Source: Phoronis australis
Lineage: Eukaryota; Animalia; Phoronida
DNA length: 64,000 nt
Direction: 5' to 3'
Assembly (NCBI GenBank): GCA_002633005.1
Contig: NMRA01000905.1
Coordinates: 38,822-102,821 of the forward strand
This document shows positions 1 through 13,529 of this stretch, piece after piece. The notes under the pieces were generated by a model. That model was not told the origin of the DNA. It searched no databases and saw only the letters and a program-made list of their open reading frames with translations. The position numbers and the translations under genes were made by a program. Within the stretch, counting starts at the first letter, position 1. Each line of letters starts with the position of its first letter.

Positions 1-190
1 CACTTGAAACTTGATACAGTAGTTCAGTTAAACTCTGCATGTCACTTGATATGGCAAGCATGGTCTAAAGCAATAGTTTGTCAGAAAACACTTTTAATGT
101 CTGTGAGGAAGGGCCTAATATGCAGTAGGTGGGTTTATAACAACCTTAAAGATCAATTACTGTAAGAAGTCTCTTGTTTGTTCGTTTCAG

Positions 191-367
191 AATGAACCCA
201 TATGGGTGTATATGCACTGGCGCTAACCAAGGATTCATTGAAGTAGTACGTGAGTCGGAGACGCTGGCCAATATTCAGAAGCAGACGTCATCTAATGCTA
301 TCAAGTCTGCCTTTAATAAACTGTCACTCTATCAGTGGCTGTCAGAACACAATAAAACCAAAGAAGA
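191..367 (+). CDS. PIK3CB: Class IA PI3K catalytic subunit (p110 beta/delta-like), internal exon; gene starts upstream of window
   Basis: ttcag|...GA|gtaagt boundaries; RMNPYGCICTGANQGFIEVVRESETLANIQ resembles p110 kinase N-lobe (RMxPYGC...GxIEVV..SETIAxIQ). Confidence 0.9.
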
Positions 368-1887
368 GTAAGTGTCACTATTAGGAGAGATACAATAACA
401 GTAGACACACACAGGCTCATGTCTAACCCCTCAGACGCTGTTCGGCTTATTTAACAGTTGATAAAGAGATTATTCCTATTTGTTATAAATTAAGATGAGC
501 TCTTCAGATTTGTTCTTGAAATAGTCTAAGCATGTACTGACCAAATTTACCCTAAAATCTAGGGGGGTTTGAATTTTTCACAGTGGACCTTTCACTAACT
601 AAAAAACAATGGGTTTGCTCAGTATTCAGAGCTTTCGCCGAATTCTTGCCTCTTGAGTGGCCTTTTGTCTCGTTTTCTCGGACTTTTGGTTTCTCTCCGG
701 ACCTTTTTGTCCACTTTGCCAAATGGGGGACTCATTCAAGCTCCCCCCCCCCCCGTTACACGCAAGGGTACTTTTCCTACTTACTTGCCTCTGAAACAGT
801 TTTAAAATACACGTAGTGAATTGATCACCAATTTTCAAATTAATTTATGTTGTTTACTTGAGGGACAACACGCTTGGTGAAAAGATCCTAATCAAAAGAT
901 TACTGAACTTAGTTATGTTAAATACATGCCTAATGTACGCCTCATTTCTTAACACAAAATATATCTGCAAAAATGTGTTGATGAATCTGCACTGGACAAT
1001 GTTTTGCACAAAACGATATTTTTTAACCATTCACAAAGGTTTTGAATAATTATTCATTGCAAGTATCTGTGAACACGTACCACCGTACTGCATGCGAAAA
1101 GACCCCGAGGCTCGACTGTGGCTCGAGTATTATTGTCCGCGCAACATGCTACGATGTCAGTGCAGTCACCATGTCCCCAAAAAACAACACGCTATACAGC
1201 TTGCAGTAAAAATTCCATAGTCCCCTGAATAAGACATTGTCATTCTTTGGAATAACGTGGCAAAAACAGATGTTCCCTTCTTTCAGAAGCTACTTTATTC
1301 GCAGCTCGGAATATGCGACCACTCATGCTTTGCCATTTTGTCAACAGTACGTGTTTAGCCGTAAATAGCCGGAATTAGACGAAGTAAGCAATCCGCAAAT
1401 CACAGATATCGTTAGTCCTGTGAAAAAACTTACCGATAGAAGAGGCCTCGCGATTCGCCGATTATCGGGCTATTTCAAGAATGAAACGAAGCAAGTTTTC
1501 CGAGTTTGTAGCTCAACTTTTTGGCTAAAATAATGATTTCACAATATTTTTTTTTAAATTTCTAACTTTAAAATCTTCCTTGTCCATTTCGACTACAAAT
1601 CGGCGTATTTATTGTGAAACAAGCAAATTAATAATCTCTTTTGAATTTGCTGAATTTGTGTATTTTGCCTGGCTGTGCATGCTTGCGTACTGGAGGCTTC
1701 ATTTCCATGCGAATCTGCATTTTTTGCGTATGGTACACAAGTCTGTATCTAGTTGTTGATTTGCATTTTCGTATTTTTTCGTTAAATGTTTTCTGAATTA
1801 TCGGTATGTGTGAGTACCCCCCAGCAGCTAACATTCGTATCTGCATCATAAAATTCTCATGTTCTCTTTCTTTAATGACTTTAATAG

Positions 1888-2097
<210 letters not shown>

Positions 2098-2507
2098 TAG
2101 GTGAAGAACAATCAATTCTGGTTATTCTGCAGTGTTGTGGCTTCATGGCACCCATATATACTGCCTGAAGTTGCTATGTCTGAAGAGGTCAGTTTAATCC
2201 ATGCAGTTTTGTTCATTATGTCACAGTGTCAGAGTTCTCTTAATTACTTCTCAAATGTTGCCATGATGACTATGGACTTGAATCTCACAAAGATTGGATA
2301 CCAGTGACGGATCCTTCTAAATCATTTCCATTATTGTTGTTTTATTTAGTACCTAATATATTCTACATTTCGTCAAACAATAGTTTCCTTTAGAGGATCT
2401 GGATCGCCTCTTTTAGTTTCAAATTTATTTTTTATGCTACAAATGAGGAAACGTTTGTGATGTGAAAGGCTTAAGGTTTTCAGTAGTCGTTATTGTAGTG
2501 GTGTTAA

Positions 2508-2732
<225 letters not shown>

Positions 2733-3232
2733 TGACTGCAAACCATGGCTGCAAGTTTAAGAGCAATACCCAACGCTGCCTTACTGGCCTCTAACTACTG
2801 AACCACCTGTAAGATCTTTATAAAATTCAATGTATGGGTTCCTATTGAGGTCTTTGTTTTCAAACAGGTTAGGACACTGCTGTACCCTCTAATGGTAGTT
2901 TTAATTTTATTTGTATCTACGTCAATATCTGCCAGGTTTCTGAATGAATCTTCATGAAAGGTGGCAGACAACAGTCTTTCAAGGACTGTGGAGAATCTAG
3001 TTTTGGCAGTTATGGCTTTGAGTGTTGAACCTGCCTCTTTTGTGTTTTGAACAGAAGGTGCCTGTGATTTACATTGTGGATCCTTTGAAGATTCACGATT
3101 ATTTATCAAGTCCATGAATTTTTGTACTTTGCATTCCATATAATTTACCGTTTTGGTCAGTCATCTTAGTTTACCTGACAGGATTGTAAATGTGTGTGGT
3201 TCTTTTTTGAGATGATTCTGTTTGATGTGCAG

Positions 3233-3500
3233 GTTTCGTGATTTGTGTGAACGAGCTTACCTTGCGCTACGACACCATGGTACTCTGATGTTTTCCTTGT
3301 TTGTTCTCATGATATCATCTGGACTGCCAGAGCTGCGCAAACTCAATGATATCAAGTACCTTCGTCAGACATTACAACTGAATACCAGTGAGGAAGCAGC
3401 TTTGAAGCACTTTCGCAAGAACTTCAATGAGGCTTTAGCCAACAGCTGGAAAACAAGCCTCAACTTTGCCGCTCATAACTATGCTAAAAATAATGTTTAA
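3233..3500 (+). CDS. PIK3CB: PI3K catalytic subunit terminal coding exon
   Basis: tgcag|RFRDLCERAYLALRHHG...SGLPEL...WKTSLNFAAHNYAKNNV*; matches the class I PI3K C-terminal helices. The symbol is the nearest vertebrate paralogue; beta versus delta is not resolvable. Confidence 0.92.
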
Positions 3501-5250
3501 CAGTTGTAAGCAATACTGTACACAGACAGATCCCGTTGTCATAACTGAGACATGTGAAATGGTAGAGTAGCCAACATTACATTAGGTAGAGAACACACAG
3601 TTGTTGTTAGGCCCACACTGCAGAGTTATGTCAGTTTGTATGTTGCAAAATACAGTTGTTACACCAAGGTTCTGTGCAAGATCCCTATTAAGTCATAAAT
3701 CATCACCAATGTCTGTGTTCAGACTCTGTCATGTAGTCATCTAGAGAAAAGCACATTTTGTTTACCGCTTGTTCCCAAATGTTATCTTTCACCCTTGAAG
3801 CTATTACACTGGTTTTGTGTTACTAGTGAACAGAAGTGGTGTAATGGATAGTATCTGCTTGCAACACTTATGTTTAGGAGATTGTTTTGGACAGTTTTCA
3901 GTGATTTCAACAAACAACTTGGTCTCGTTACTTTGTATTACACTTATATCCATTAATGACCTGCTCTACCTTTCCTTAATTGGTTCAACCATTATGGCAA
4001 GAGTAATCTATATTTGCATTCAGTATATTGCTGTCTGGCTGTATTATGTCAGCAAGGTTTCTCAAAAGTCGAATGCTGACTTGAGAAGATGCACAACTCA
4101 ACCATCGTTAAAATTTAGAGTGTCAGGATGTCTCCTGTTCACTATCCAATGGAATTCAAGACATTTGAATCGCATAAGTCATCTTGCCGGCTACCGCTGT
4201 TATCACTTAAATCCTCGTACATATGTTTACACTTGGAACTGGGAAGATAAGCAATGTCTTAACATGTCTGGTGGTTGGAAACCTGCCTCACTGCTGGTCC
4301 AGCCAAGAATGCTGATTAACACAAAGGAATATCTTCACACAGGCCTGTTTTAGAAAAATTAATATTTTTTGAAAGACCATGGAAAATTGTATCAGTTTCT
4401 AAAAATAAACATAATTAATATTAATGTGGACGAAAATCATATCAGTGTCAAGCATTGTCATCCAGGACAAATTCACAAAATGTTGAATGGTAAAATAAGT
4501 ACAATGGCAGAGCAATAAGGGTTTAATTAAATGCAGTACTTCTGACCTTATTTGCACTGTTAGGAATACTAAAGTGGTTATATGGTTATAAACCTCTGTT
4601 CCATTCAAGAAGGTAACTTTTCATGTAGATCACTCATCTCTAGGAAATTTGTCTAGACTTGCCCCTTGGCAAGTTATTTCTGAGTTCGTTATTCGCCGAG
4701 ACAATACTCTGCTCATGAAATGATACGCCACGACCACAGCTCAAGGGGCCTGACGTTGAGTAGTAACGGACCATAGGTTATTTTGTAGCCGTGCAATCAT
4801 CTCTGAATTAACCAATAACAATCGAGGCCAATTTGTTAACAGGAGGTGGTCTAAATCAAAAGTTCAAGGCCAAATGAGTGTTGGGTATATAATATGATGG
4901 TCACTGAATCAAAAATGATCACTTCAGAATTTAATAATGTAAACATTTCGCTTAAATGCATAGAACTAGTTAATGCATCTTTTCGCTATAAACAAATGAT
5001 CAAAAACAGCAAGTATGAAGCCAATGAAAACTGAATCCTCTTTGCGCACAAACATTTTCAAGCTGATGTAAGTCATTCTTGTCAAAAAATAATTTTTGAT
5101 TCTGACCATTTACCATTATACATTTAGTCTGAATTTGTTCATTACTTAGTAGTACTGCTCATGCCATCTTCAAGGTTTTGAGCCTCACAGAAGACCCGTT
5201 TAAAGTAGTGTAGTATTGTAGATGGATTATTCTAGAAATGCATATTACTA

Positions 5251-5709
5251 CAGAGCTCGATGCTTAGCATACAGCCAACTCTCCAAATGCAACATGGCAA
5301 AATTCCAGGTCGCCAAATGGCAAATGAAGTTGCCAACACAAAAATGAGGAAACCCATGTACGGGGGTGCGAAACTCTTGGACCCGTTAGCTAGTCAGAAG
5401 TAACAAAACGTGGTGCCCGAATTGAAGAACCAGCTCCAGAATACCCGAGATCACTAGTCAAGAAGAAAGTAAGGAGTAGATCTTGTGCTCTGTAATGACC
5501 AAATTGCCCCTCGGGCCCAATATTTCACGCAGGCTCACCTCTGACCTCAGGGAGAAGCATACGAACAGCATGTTGTATATGGCTTGTGAACAGGTTTTTG
5601 TCAAACACTTTCGACTCCAGTCCGTTTATTTTTCACAGTATTTCGATTGCACGCTCGCATTTGTGTGTGGTGACTTCGTGTTTTGACCATGTCTCCAAAT
5701 CAAGCCCTG
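5251..5709. mobile_element. MITE, 459 bp, CAG(A/G)GCT termini, 5-bp TSD
   Basis: CAGAGCTCGAT...ATCAAGCCCTG imperfect TIR; flanks TACTA/TGCTA (one mismatch). Confidence 0.65.
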
Positions 5710-6117
5710 TGCTAATATGCATTTTATGCTAAAAGTAAAAAAATGTAATATGTGAAGTTTGCAGTAGTGCACAGTCGGTTAATGTTGTCGACACGCAAAG
5801 AACTGTCATCTAACCTATGCATTAATCAGGATTTTTGTAGAATCCCAGTGGAGGCAACACAGTTTGAAGAAATGATTCACAATTGTACACCATAATTTAT
5901 TTCAGTCATATTTACTATTTATATACGCTTTATTCACTGTGCTTCCCGAGACTGTTGACATTTTTAACTCTCGTTTTTATGTATTTTGCATAGGTATGCA
6001 AGTTGCTAAATATTTAACATATTTATACTTTTTGAAATTGCTGTTTAAATGCTGAACTGATTGGATAAAATTCATTTACACCATTTTTTGAAAATGATTG
6101 TATTTTGTGCAATGTGT

Positions 6118-6123
6118 AATAAA
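6118..6123 (+). terminator. Candidate polyadenylation signal of the PI3K transcript
   Basis: AATAAA after a long AU-rich stretch downstream of the stop at 3500; a second AATAAA lies near 6217. Confidence 0.35.
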
Positions 6124-6416
6124 AAGATTTGAGAAGTCTGTAATTTTGAAGTTTGCACCAGGGTACTGTCAGTTTTTAAATCTAATGAAAAACATATATC
6201 TTGTGGGGAAAAGTTGAATAAAAACAACACAGAATTTCAAACACAACACGTGTTGGTGTAACACCAATCATTGTGAAGCTGCGGTTCAAAGAGAAGTTTT
6301 GGGGCTGGGTATGAAACAATTAGATGCACAAGAAGACGACTCTCGTGTTAAGACAATGATGCACTCGGGCAGCTACCAGAGTCCACTGTTTTTTTCAATC
6401 CTTGAGATAGATAGAT

Positions 6417-6915
6417 CAGGGCTTGGAATGACCAATGACAAAAAACGCGGAAACTTTCACGGCCCAAATCATGCCCGATAATCAGCCTTGAAATGGTCAA
6501 TGTGAACCTTTCCCCGACAAAAATCATGATTAAAAAAAAAAAAAAAAAACGGTTACCACCATCAGTAGCATGCGTCTGCGTCCTTTCAGCTCGCCCGTCC
6601 ACTCCCAACCCACACATTTTTGGCTGCATAGCGGTAGTATTTGTCACCGCACTTAACAATAACACGAGATGCCATTGAAAATCCCACCACGCTGTCCCAG
6701 ATGCCCCGGCAATGTTGACAATTTACGTTCCTCCGAACATAAAGAGCAACTTCCGCTTTTCGAGGTGAACGTCGTCTGCAACGCCGCGGTAAGAAAGGAA
6801 TTTGCCGCGGAAATTTTATATCAAATCAGATTTTTTACGCGGAAATATAAAAAAAGCGGAAAGCACATTTGAAAAAAGCGGAAATCCGCGTTTCCGCGGA
6901 AAATTCCAAGCCCTG
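6417..6915. mobile_element. MITE, 499 bp, hAT-like termini, 6-bp TSD
   Basis: Perfect 13-bp TIR CAGGGCTTGGAAT...ATTCCAAGCCCTG; ATAGAT on both flanks; subterminal (C)GCGGAA repeats. Confidence 0.85.
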
Positions 6916-7523
6916 ATAGATATTTAACTGGTATCAAGCTATTACTCGATGCACGCTTTGCACAAATCTCTAGTGTTGCTGTATTATCATTAAGTCTCTG
7001 TATTGTATTTTGTGTCTTAGAATTAGACCCAACCTCAAGGCTTTGTGATTCTCGATTTGCAGCTTGAGAATGGTAGCTGTACCTGCCAAAACATTCATTA
7101 TTGTTACTTTTTGTACAACAACTAAACATAAACACAATCTTGGTGTATATCTGAAAGTACACGAGTGTGTTTGTACATTACCTGGGTTTATTAAACAATT
7201 GCAGTTAACATACTCGATTCTTAGCAAAAGCTACTTTCTCCACCATTTGGGAGGTCACAAGTGAAGGTATGTACCATTTCCAGAACAATTGATACCATGG
7301 CTACAACTTTGGTGGAGTTGACCGTTTCCTGCCATCAATAAGGGCCGAGCTGTAAACACTTTGAGATACCATCTTCCTTGAGCAGGGTTCTTTCACTGTA
7401 TCTGACATCTTGCACAAGTTTCTCGAGAGATATCGTCTTGTGTAACCAGAAACATGTCTCCAGTAACTTATGACCATTGCATAACAGAAACACTAAACAA
7501 AATGTGCACCTAAGCACTTGTCA

Positions 7524-7614
7524 TCATTTGCCAAATCTTTGGTTGCAGTTAGCATATCCTTGTAAAGTCCTAAGGAATGTTTTGTAGTCTATGTTGAGAT
7601 GTGACGGAACATGC
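7524..7614 (-). CDS. NUS1: NUS1/NgBR exon 5 (terminal)
   Basis: tttcag|(L)HVPSHLNIDYKTFLRTLQGYANCNQRFGK*; C-terminal RxG motif typical of NgBR/Nus1. Confidence 0.93.
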
Positions 7615-7899
7615 CTGAAAGCAAGTCGAACAATGTCGTCATCAAGAGAAGTTTTAATTGTCCATACAAATACTAGTGAGAATCACGGGACTACATATTA
7701 TAAACAGAATACATGACACAAGAGTAACGCAAGTGTTGAAATATGCCCACGACTGCACCGCAAACGGTTTGGTTCTAGAGGTGTTGAACCCATCCAACAA
7801 TGGGAAGGTATCATCAAAACTATTTGCCAACTTTCATGAAAATACATCACAGAACTCCAAAGATACAAAAGCAAACATAAAAAAGTGCCATTACAAACC

Positions 7900-9750
7900 A
7901 CAGTGACAGTCGATTTCATCTATCTGCTGGCAAGTTACTAGAAATACAACTGCAAAATTTCAAAAACATCTTGCAAGGGGCTTATGAGATACAGCCGTAG
8001 ATACAAAAAATGTCACTAGGGGGCACCACAGTAGTTAGCCTCTCTTGTCAGTAAGAAGAAGTGCCAATTTTCATAACGATCCTCAGCGCGATATGGCAGA
8101 TACAGAAGCAGAAGCAGAAGACAACAGACTGAAAAATAATTAAAATGACAACTATTTGGTGCAGCAGAATACGTCAAGTTCACCACAAAAAGGAAAGGTG
8201 CTGTTGCTTTCATAATAGAAACTTGTTTGTCAGATTTCAGGAAATAGCATCAAGGAATTCTGGAATTACAGAGGCAAAAGTAACAATTAAAATTACCACT
8301 AGGGAGCACACAAGAAATTCGCTGTCATCTGTGTCACCTCTATGGGAACACATCTGCTAAATTTCAGAAAGATCTTGCAAAGAGTAAAAGAGATACAGCT
8401 GAGGACGCAAAAAAATATTGCCACTAGGGGGTGCCAGAGTAGTTGAACACGCCTGAAAATCAACGTCAGCCTCAGTTTTCTCATCAGGACCACATCTCCA
8501 AATCTTAATAATGATCCTTCAAGTGGTTTGGAGGAGGTGATGTCAAAAACGTACTCAAAAACTTTTTAAATGGCCACCAGGTGGTGCAGAATAAATCAAA
8601 TCTGCCTGAAAATGAGAAGGCGTCATCATCTCCTTAATAGAAATCTATTTGCAAAATTTCATGGTTTCAAAAACTGATGCTCTATGTTGAATCTGTCGGA
8701 AAACTGGAACTTGTTGATTCTTACCTATTCTTTAAATTTCATAAAAATCTGCCAAGGAGTTTCAAAGATAGACAACAAAAAATAAAATTGCCACTAGTGA
8801 GGGCACAGCGATAGTCAGATAAATCCTATGTCGTTGTTGTCTTTTGTCAACTTCATATCAATACACTTGTCAAATCCCACAGAAGGTTTGGGAGATACAG
8901 CCAGACGCAAAAAAACTGCCACTAGGAGGTGCGACGGTAGTCTGAGTTGTCCAAAAATCATCATCAGCCACCTCTTCGCAGTAGAAACACAAACGCCAAT
9001 TTTCAAAATCATCCTTAAAGTGGTTTGGTTGATAGAGGGGCAAACGCCAAAAAAAGAATGGAAAGCAGTAAAAATCACCACTAGATAACGCAAAATATGT
9101 CGAATCCATCCGAAGAACATTCATCGTTTCATTCATATGACAAATTTCATAAAAATCCGCCAAGGAACTTCAGAGAAAATGAAAAAAATGAAATTGCCAC
9201 TAGGAGGCACATCATTCTTCGGATCCACCTGAAAGTCGTCGTCATCCAATGCCAACTTCATATAAATACACTTGCTAAATCTAATAAAGATCTTGCAGAG
9301 GGTTTAGGAGATGCAGCCATGGCTGAAACAACAAAACAGCCACTAGGTGGTGCCACAGTAATCACAATCGTCGGAAAATCACCTCTTCCCAGTAGGAACA
9401 CACATGCCAATTCTCACAATCATCCTCAGCATGGTTTGGTTGATAGAGGGGCCAATGCCAAAAATCAAACTCGAAAACAGTAAAAATGGCGACTACGTGA
9501 AACAAAATACCTTGAATCCATCCGAAATTTTATGAAAATCCGGTGAGGACATTTGAAGATACAGAGAAAAACATAAAAAACTAAAATTGCCACTAGGGGG
9601 CACACTGGTAGTCGGATCTGTCCGAAAGTTCGCTCATGCTATCCCATCCATGAAAGGAACACGTGCAAAATTTCATGAACAAACATCAAAGGGTTTTGAG
9701 ATAGGACGGAAAAGGATTACGGCATAATGCGCCCACATATTTATATGTGA
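7900..9750 (+). repeat. Degenerate tandem array (~125-150 bp period) of a dispersed repeat family with a CCACTAGGGGGC-type core
   Basis: Cores near 8013, 8296, 8420, 8573, 8790, 8918, 9196, 9340 and 9589, interleaved with recurring AAATTTCA(T) and GAGATACAG words; lies in NUS1 intron 4. Confidence 0.75.
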
Positions 9751-9940
9751 GCACATAATTATGAAGCAGAATTACAACTTTGGGAGGTAGAGATGGAGAT
9801 GTCAGATTGTCTACAGCAATATGCACTCAAGTACGCACAGGAGGACACATAAAAGAATGGTCATGACATCCTTTTTTAACTTAAAAGTTCAGTCAGTGTC
9901 TCCCCTTTTAAACATTCATAAGAACAAAATATATACTTAC

Positions 9941-10040
9941 AGTATTTCAGACAGTCTAATCTGCCAAGGTAAGTAACCCAGCAAGCTATCGACACTGCCA
10001 AACCGAACCAACAGGTCTGGGTCTGGAAAGTGCTGATTTT
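9941..10040 (-). CDS. NUS1: NUS1/NgBR exon 4
   Basis: ttacag|[34 protein letters not shown]|gtaagt; matches NgBR PDPDLxxxFG...GFLPWHIRLTEI. Confidence 0.95.
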
Positions 10041-11019
10041 CTGTAAACACACAATGTTTGTAGATGACCAACATGTTGTAGTTGATGGTGGAACTTGATG
10101 CAGGCATACAGGTGATGCTGTCTTATTTTGGTTGGGATATTGCACAGATGTAGACAAGCCAATTACTGATTTAATGACTAGAAATGTAACAACAACATTT
10201 TTTACATTCAAAAACAAGAGCACTTGAGAACTAATGACTGTAAGACTGTGTCTGGCTCAACTACAGACAGAGAAAACACTGTAACCAGTAACAAAATGCC
10301 AACACTATTCCCTACAATCATATTCACGCCATGACATGTACTCACATCACCTGAGATAAGTAGATGCATGAATGACACACGTTGTAAACAAATAGCGTGA
10401 AATCTCACAAATTCACTATACAACATAGAGAAGTGAAATTTTATTTTCTTGCTCTTCCTAAAAGAAATCAAGCGCCAAAATAATTGACTTATCATGATTT
10501 TTAAGTTTTATGACATAGGTACCAGCAGACAGTGTTTTGTGAACTTGTGGGCATTCACAACAATGTTCAAATTTGGGATTAACATAATCCACAAATGGTG
10601 AGAGATCACCGTACCCATAATCCTACAAGAGAGCACGAAAGTTTTATTTAATATGAAAATACAATAAGTAGAATAGTGGACATTAGTTTAAGATGAATAT
10701 TTACCTGTGTAATGAGAAGATGTAGGTTGTGAACATTGTACAAGTTCAGAGCAATACTTGTTATTGAACTACCAGATGAATGTTTTATGTTTTACATCTA
10801 GTAAACACAACACCAATTTTCTTGCCAAAACAACATATCAATGCTTCAACTAAGAATGACTTGCACCATTTGGGACACTGCAGGACCCCAGAAAAGGCTG
10901 AATATATCACAATGCTCGATTTGACAGGATATTTTTCTGAATGGTTAACATTATCTCACTGCAGAGGCGTAATCTTTTGGAAGTTTATGCACCCCCAGGA
11001 CACAAGAGGACTAAAGTGG

Positions 11020-11472
11020 CATTAATAGGGTTGTCATTTTCACTTTGGCCATCTCATGCGAGACACACATCTCTAAGTCACGATTGTGTTCCCGGACTGC
11101 TTGCGCGCTAACAACAGGACCGATCAGTCAGGGATATTGTTGTGGATATTTGGTACATGTAATAAAGACATCTTACTCGAAGAATAAACATATTTGTCCA
11201 CCACAAAGTTTTCACACGACTTGCTTACAAGTCACTAGGAGGGCTGTTCTCGGTTAGTGTTCTCTTGAATTTGGATTTGGAAACAACCACACGGTCGGGT
11301 TAACAAGAGTTGCTTTATATTTGCCAGGTATCTGCTGAGAAGTGTAAAAACTCAGCTCGTTGGAAATTCCACATTGCATTTTGCGACTTGATACAAGCGG
11401 ACAAAAGTCTCAGCTCGCATTTCCAAATTTCAGGTTGCAAATGTGACCTGCAGCTCGTTATGTCGAGTCACG
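11020..11472 (-). mobile_element. Internally deleted, inverted copy of the left end of the 17838-20023 element
   Basis: Reverse complement reads gactcgacataacgagctgcaggtcacatttgc...aacactaaccgagaacagccctc... Confidence 0.8.
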
Positions 11473-11586
11473 GCTAATGCTGTTAAGGTGTTCAAAAGAA
11501 CATTACCCTGTGATGCTTTTTGACATAATCCCTACACTGCCTGCCTAATTTTCGGGTGCAAAACAGTGCAATAGCCACCTACAGGA

Positions 11587-11656
11587 GTCCCGTATTTTGA
11601 GAACCAGTTTGATGCCTGTTATTCAGAGGAGGAAACTGGTTCTCAAAATGTGGGAC
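11587..11656. mobile_element. 70-bp hairpin mini-MITE (second copy near 45308-45368)
   Basis: GTCCCGTATTTTGAGAACCAGTTT...AAACTGGTTCTCAAAATGTGGGAC, a 24-bp near-perfect inverted repeat. Confidence 0.7.
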
Positions 11657-11692
11657 CCAAAGTGACGAATACCCAAAACAAGGCATACTCAC

Positions 11693-11851
11693 CCTCAATA
11701 TATGTCTGAACTTGTGATAATGTGAGCTGTTGAGCACAGCGCTTCTCATGTAAGGTCTGTTCACATAGACTCTTAGTCACTTCAACTAGGTAATTTCTGC
11801 CATCCTTAGGAGACAGAATGTATATATTTGTTCTTGATGGCTGGGAAGAAT
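11693..11851 (-). CDS. NUS1: NUS1/NgBR exon 3
   Basis: ttttag|NSSQPSRTNIYILSPKDGRNYLVEVTKSLC...TYIE|gtgagt; LSPxDG motif; phases 1/1. Confidence 0.9.
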
Positions 11852-11896
11852 CTAAAACAAGTTGGCATAAATAGTGAGATGGAACCAATTGATGCT

Positions 11897-12137
11897 GAAA
11901 TATCGAAAAACTATATAGCAATGTAAGCACAAGAACTTGTACATGACTAACCAGGACATTCATAATAATTTGCTACCCTTAAGAACACTGAATATCGAAA
12001 AACTATATAGCAATGTAAGCACAAGAACTTGTACATGACTACCCAGGACATTCATAAACTATATAGCAATGTAAGCACAAGAACTTGTACATGACTAACC
12101 AGGACATTCATAATAATTTGCTGCCCTTAAGAACACC
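11897..12137. repeat. Local tandem triplication
   Basis: Three copies of aactatatagcaatgtaagcacaagaacttgtacatgactaaccaggacattcataa. Confidence 0.85.
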
Positions 12138-12689
12138 ACCATATCCAACTTATTAAATTTTTAAATCAAAAGTTAAGAACTCCTTAGGAAATTTCCAAAA
12201 AGTACCCACAGGTGCTCATAAAATATGTAACACAATTTGAGACAACTTGCTAGCAAACTCCAATGACAACAGAAGGAACTGCAACGTCCTCAATCAGCTG
12301 AACCCACATCCACAATTTTAAATATGTTCGCTTTTAAAATCCAAGCCTCGACTATACATCCATCTTAAATTTATTTATTCCAGACATTCGTTCATATACA
12401 GTCAACAACAATCTATGGACAACTTCAGCTGACAAAACCCGTACAACTGAACTCGCTTACATTCAACATATAAACGATACGATGCTTCGTCAGGCTCAAG
12501 CACGTGAACTACCTAACATTACAGCATGAATTAAACCTTGTGTAAATGCCCAAACCTGGCTTATTAAAAAATCATAGCCCCATGCCAGACTTTACACTCA
12601 CTGCTTTTGTAATGTTAGAGTTTCTCAATTTAAAGACCTTGAGTGTTAACTAAGACAAGTATGGCAAATTCGTAAAATCGTATACTTAC

Positions 12690-12815
12690 TTTTCTGAACA
12701 TCGGGCTCGCCTAATCCCCCCATATGTATTGTGGGTTGACTTCTCTGGTTGCCGGACATTTTCTGGCAGTCCATAATTTCACTACATAATAATGACTGAT
12801 TTCTTTTAATATTTC
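12690..12815 (-). CDS. NUS1: NUS1/NgBR exon 2
   Basis: tcacag|GNIKRNQSLLCSEIMDCQK...DVQK|gtaagt; corresponds to human GIFKRNNSRLMDEI; phases 1/1. Confidence 0.88.
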
Positions 12816-13529
12816 CTGTGAAAACAAGAGTTTACTGATCACTTAGATGAATACAAAGCACTTTTACATCAACTGTGGGCAGTAAAGGTGAATCAGCTAG
12901 ACACACCGTCAGCCACCCACAGCTCAAGGGAGAGCAATGATTTCCCACAGACCAAGCAGCCAAAGACTGTATATTTCAGCCCCAAAACTACTACAAGCTC
13001 ATAACTGAAAGAAATAATTAATCCACTACCAGTAGGAAACTCTCACATACTGAGTAACACTACTAGTATTGGACCGTGAAGAAACACCTTATAATACCAT
13101 ATAAAATGGAAATTTAAAAATGAGTCTTTCTCACACATTTCTCTACCTAAACCAATGTCATGGTGTAGTTGCCAATCTAATCAGTCATGGCTAATCATTT
13201 CCCTAGTGGATTGTACTTGATTTCATTGATCACCCACAAACAAAACAAAACAGAATCCTGGCTTCACAGGCAGACAATAGAGCATTGCACAAGGGTGTCT
13301 CCCAGTTCCTCTGAGCTCGGTCTTACTAGTGAATGTTTGCAAGGGTGTCGATTAGAACCTGGATATAATGCAAAAGCGACTCCTGGAGATGGGCTTAATA
13401 TTTAAGAAAAAAATAACTGTCGGAGTTCTGATTTTGGAATTGTGGACATTCAAAGTAGTGAATTTTCGAAGGTGGCAAACTTTAGGAGTAGTGGACCTTC
13501 GGAGTAGCGAACCTTCGGACTAGTGGCAT

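Noticed and set aside
3817-4353. 178-aa ORF downstream of PI3K
   Set aside because: Non-ATG start, no recognisable motif, lies in the probable 3' UTR
8815-9483. Cluster of 86-128-aa ORFs on both strands
   Set aside because: All fall in the degenerate CCACTAG-core repeat array
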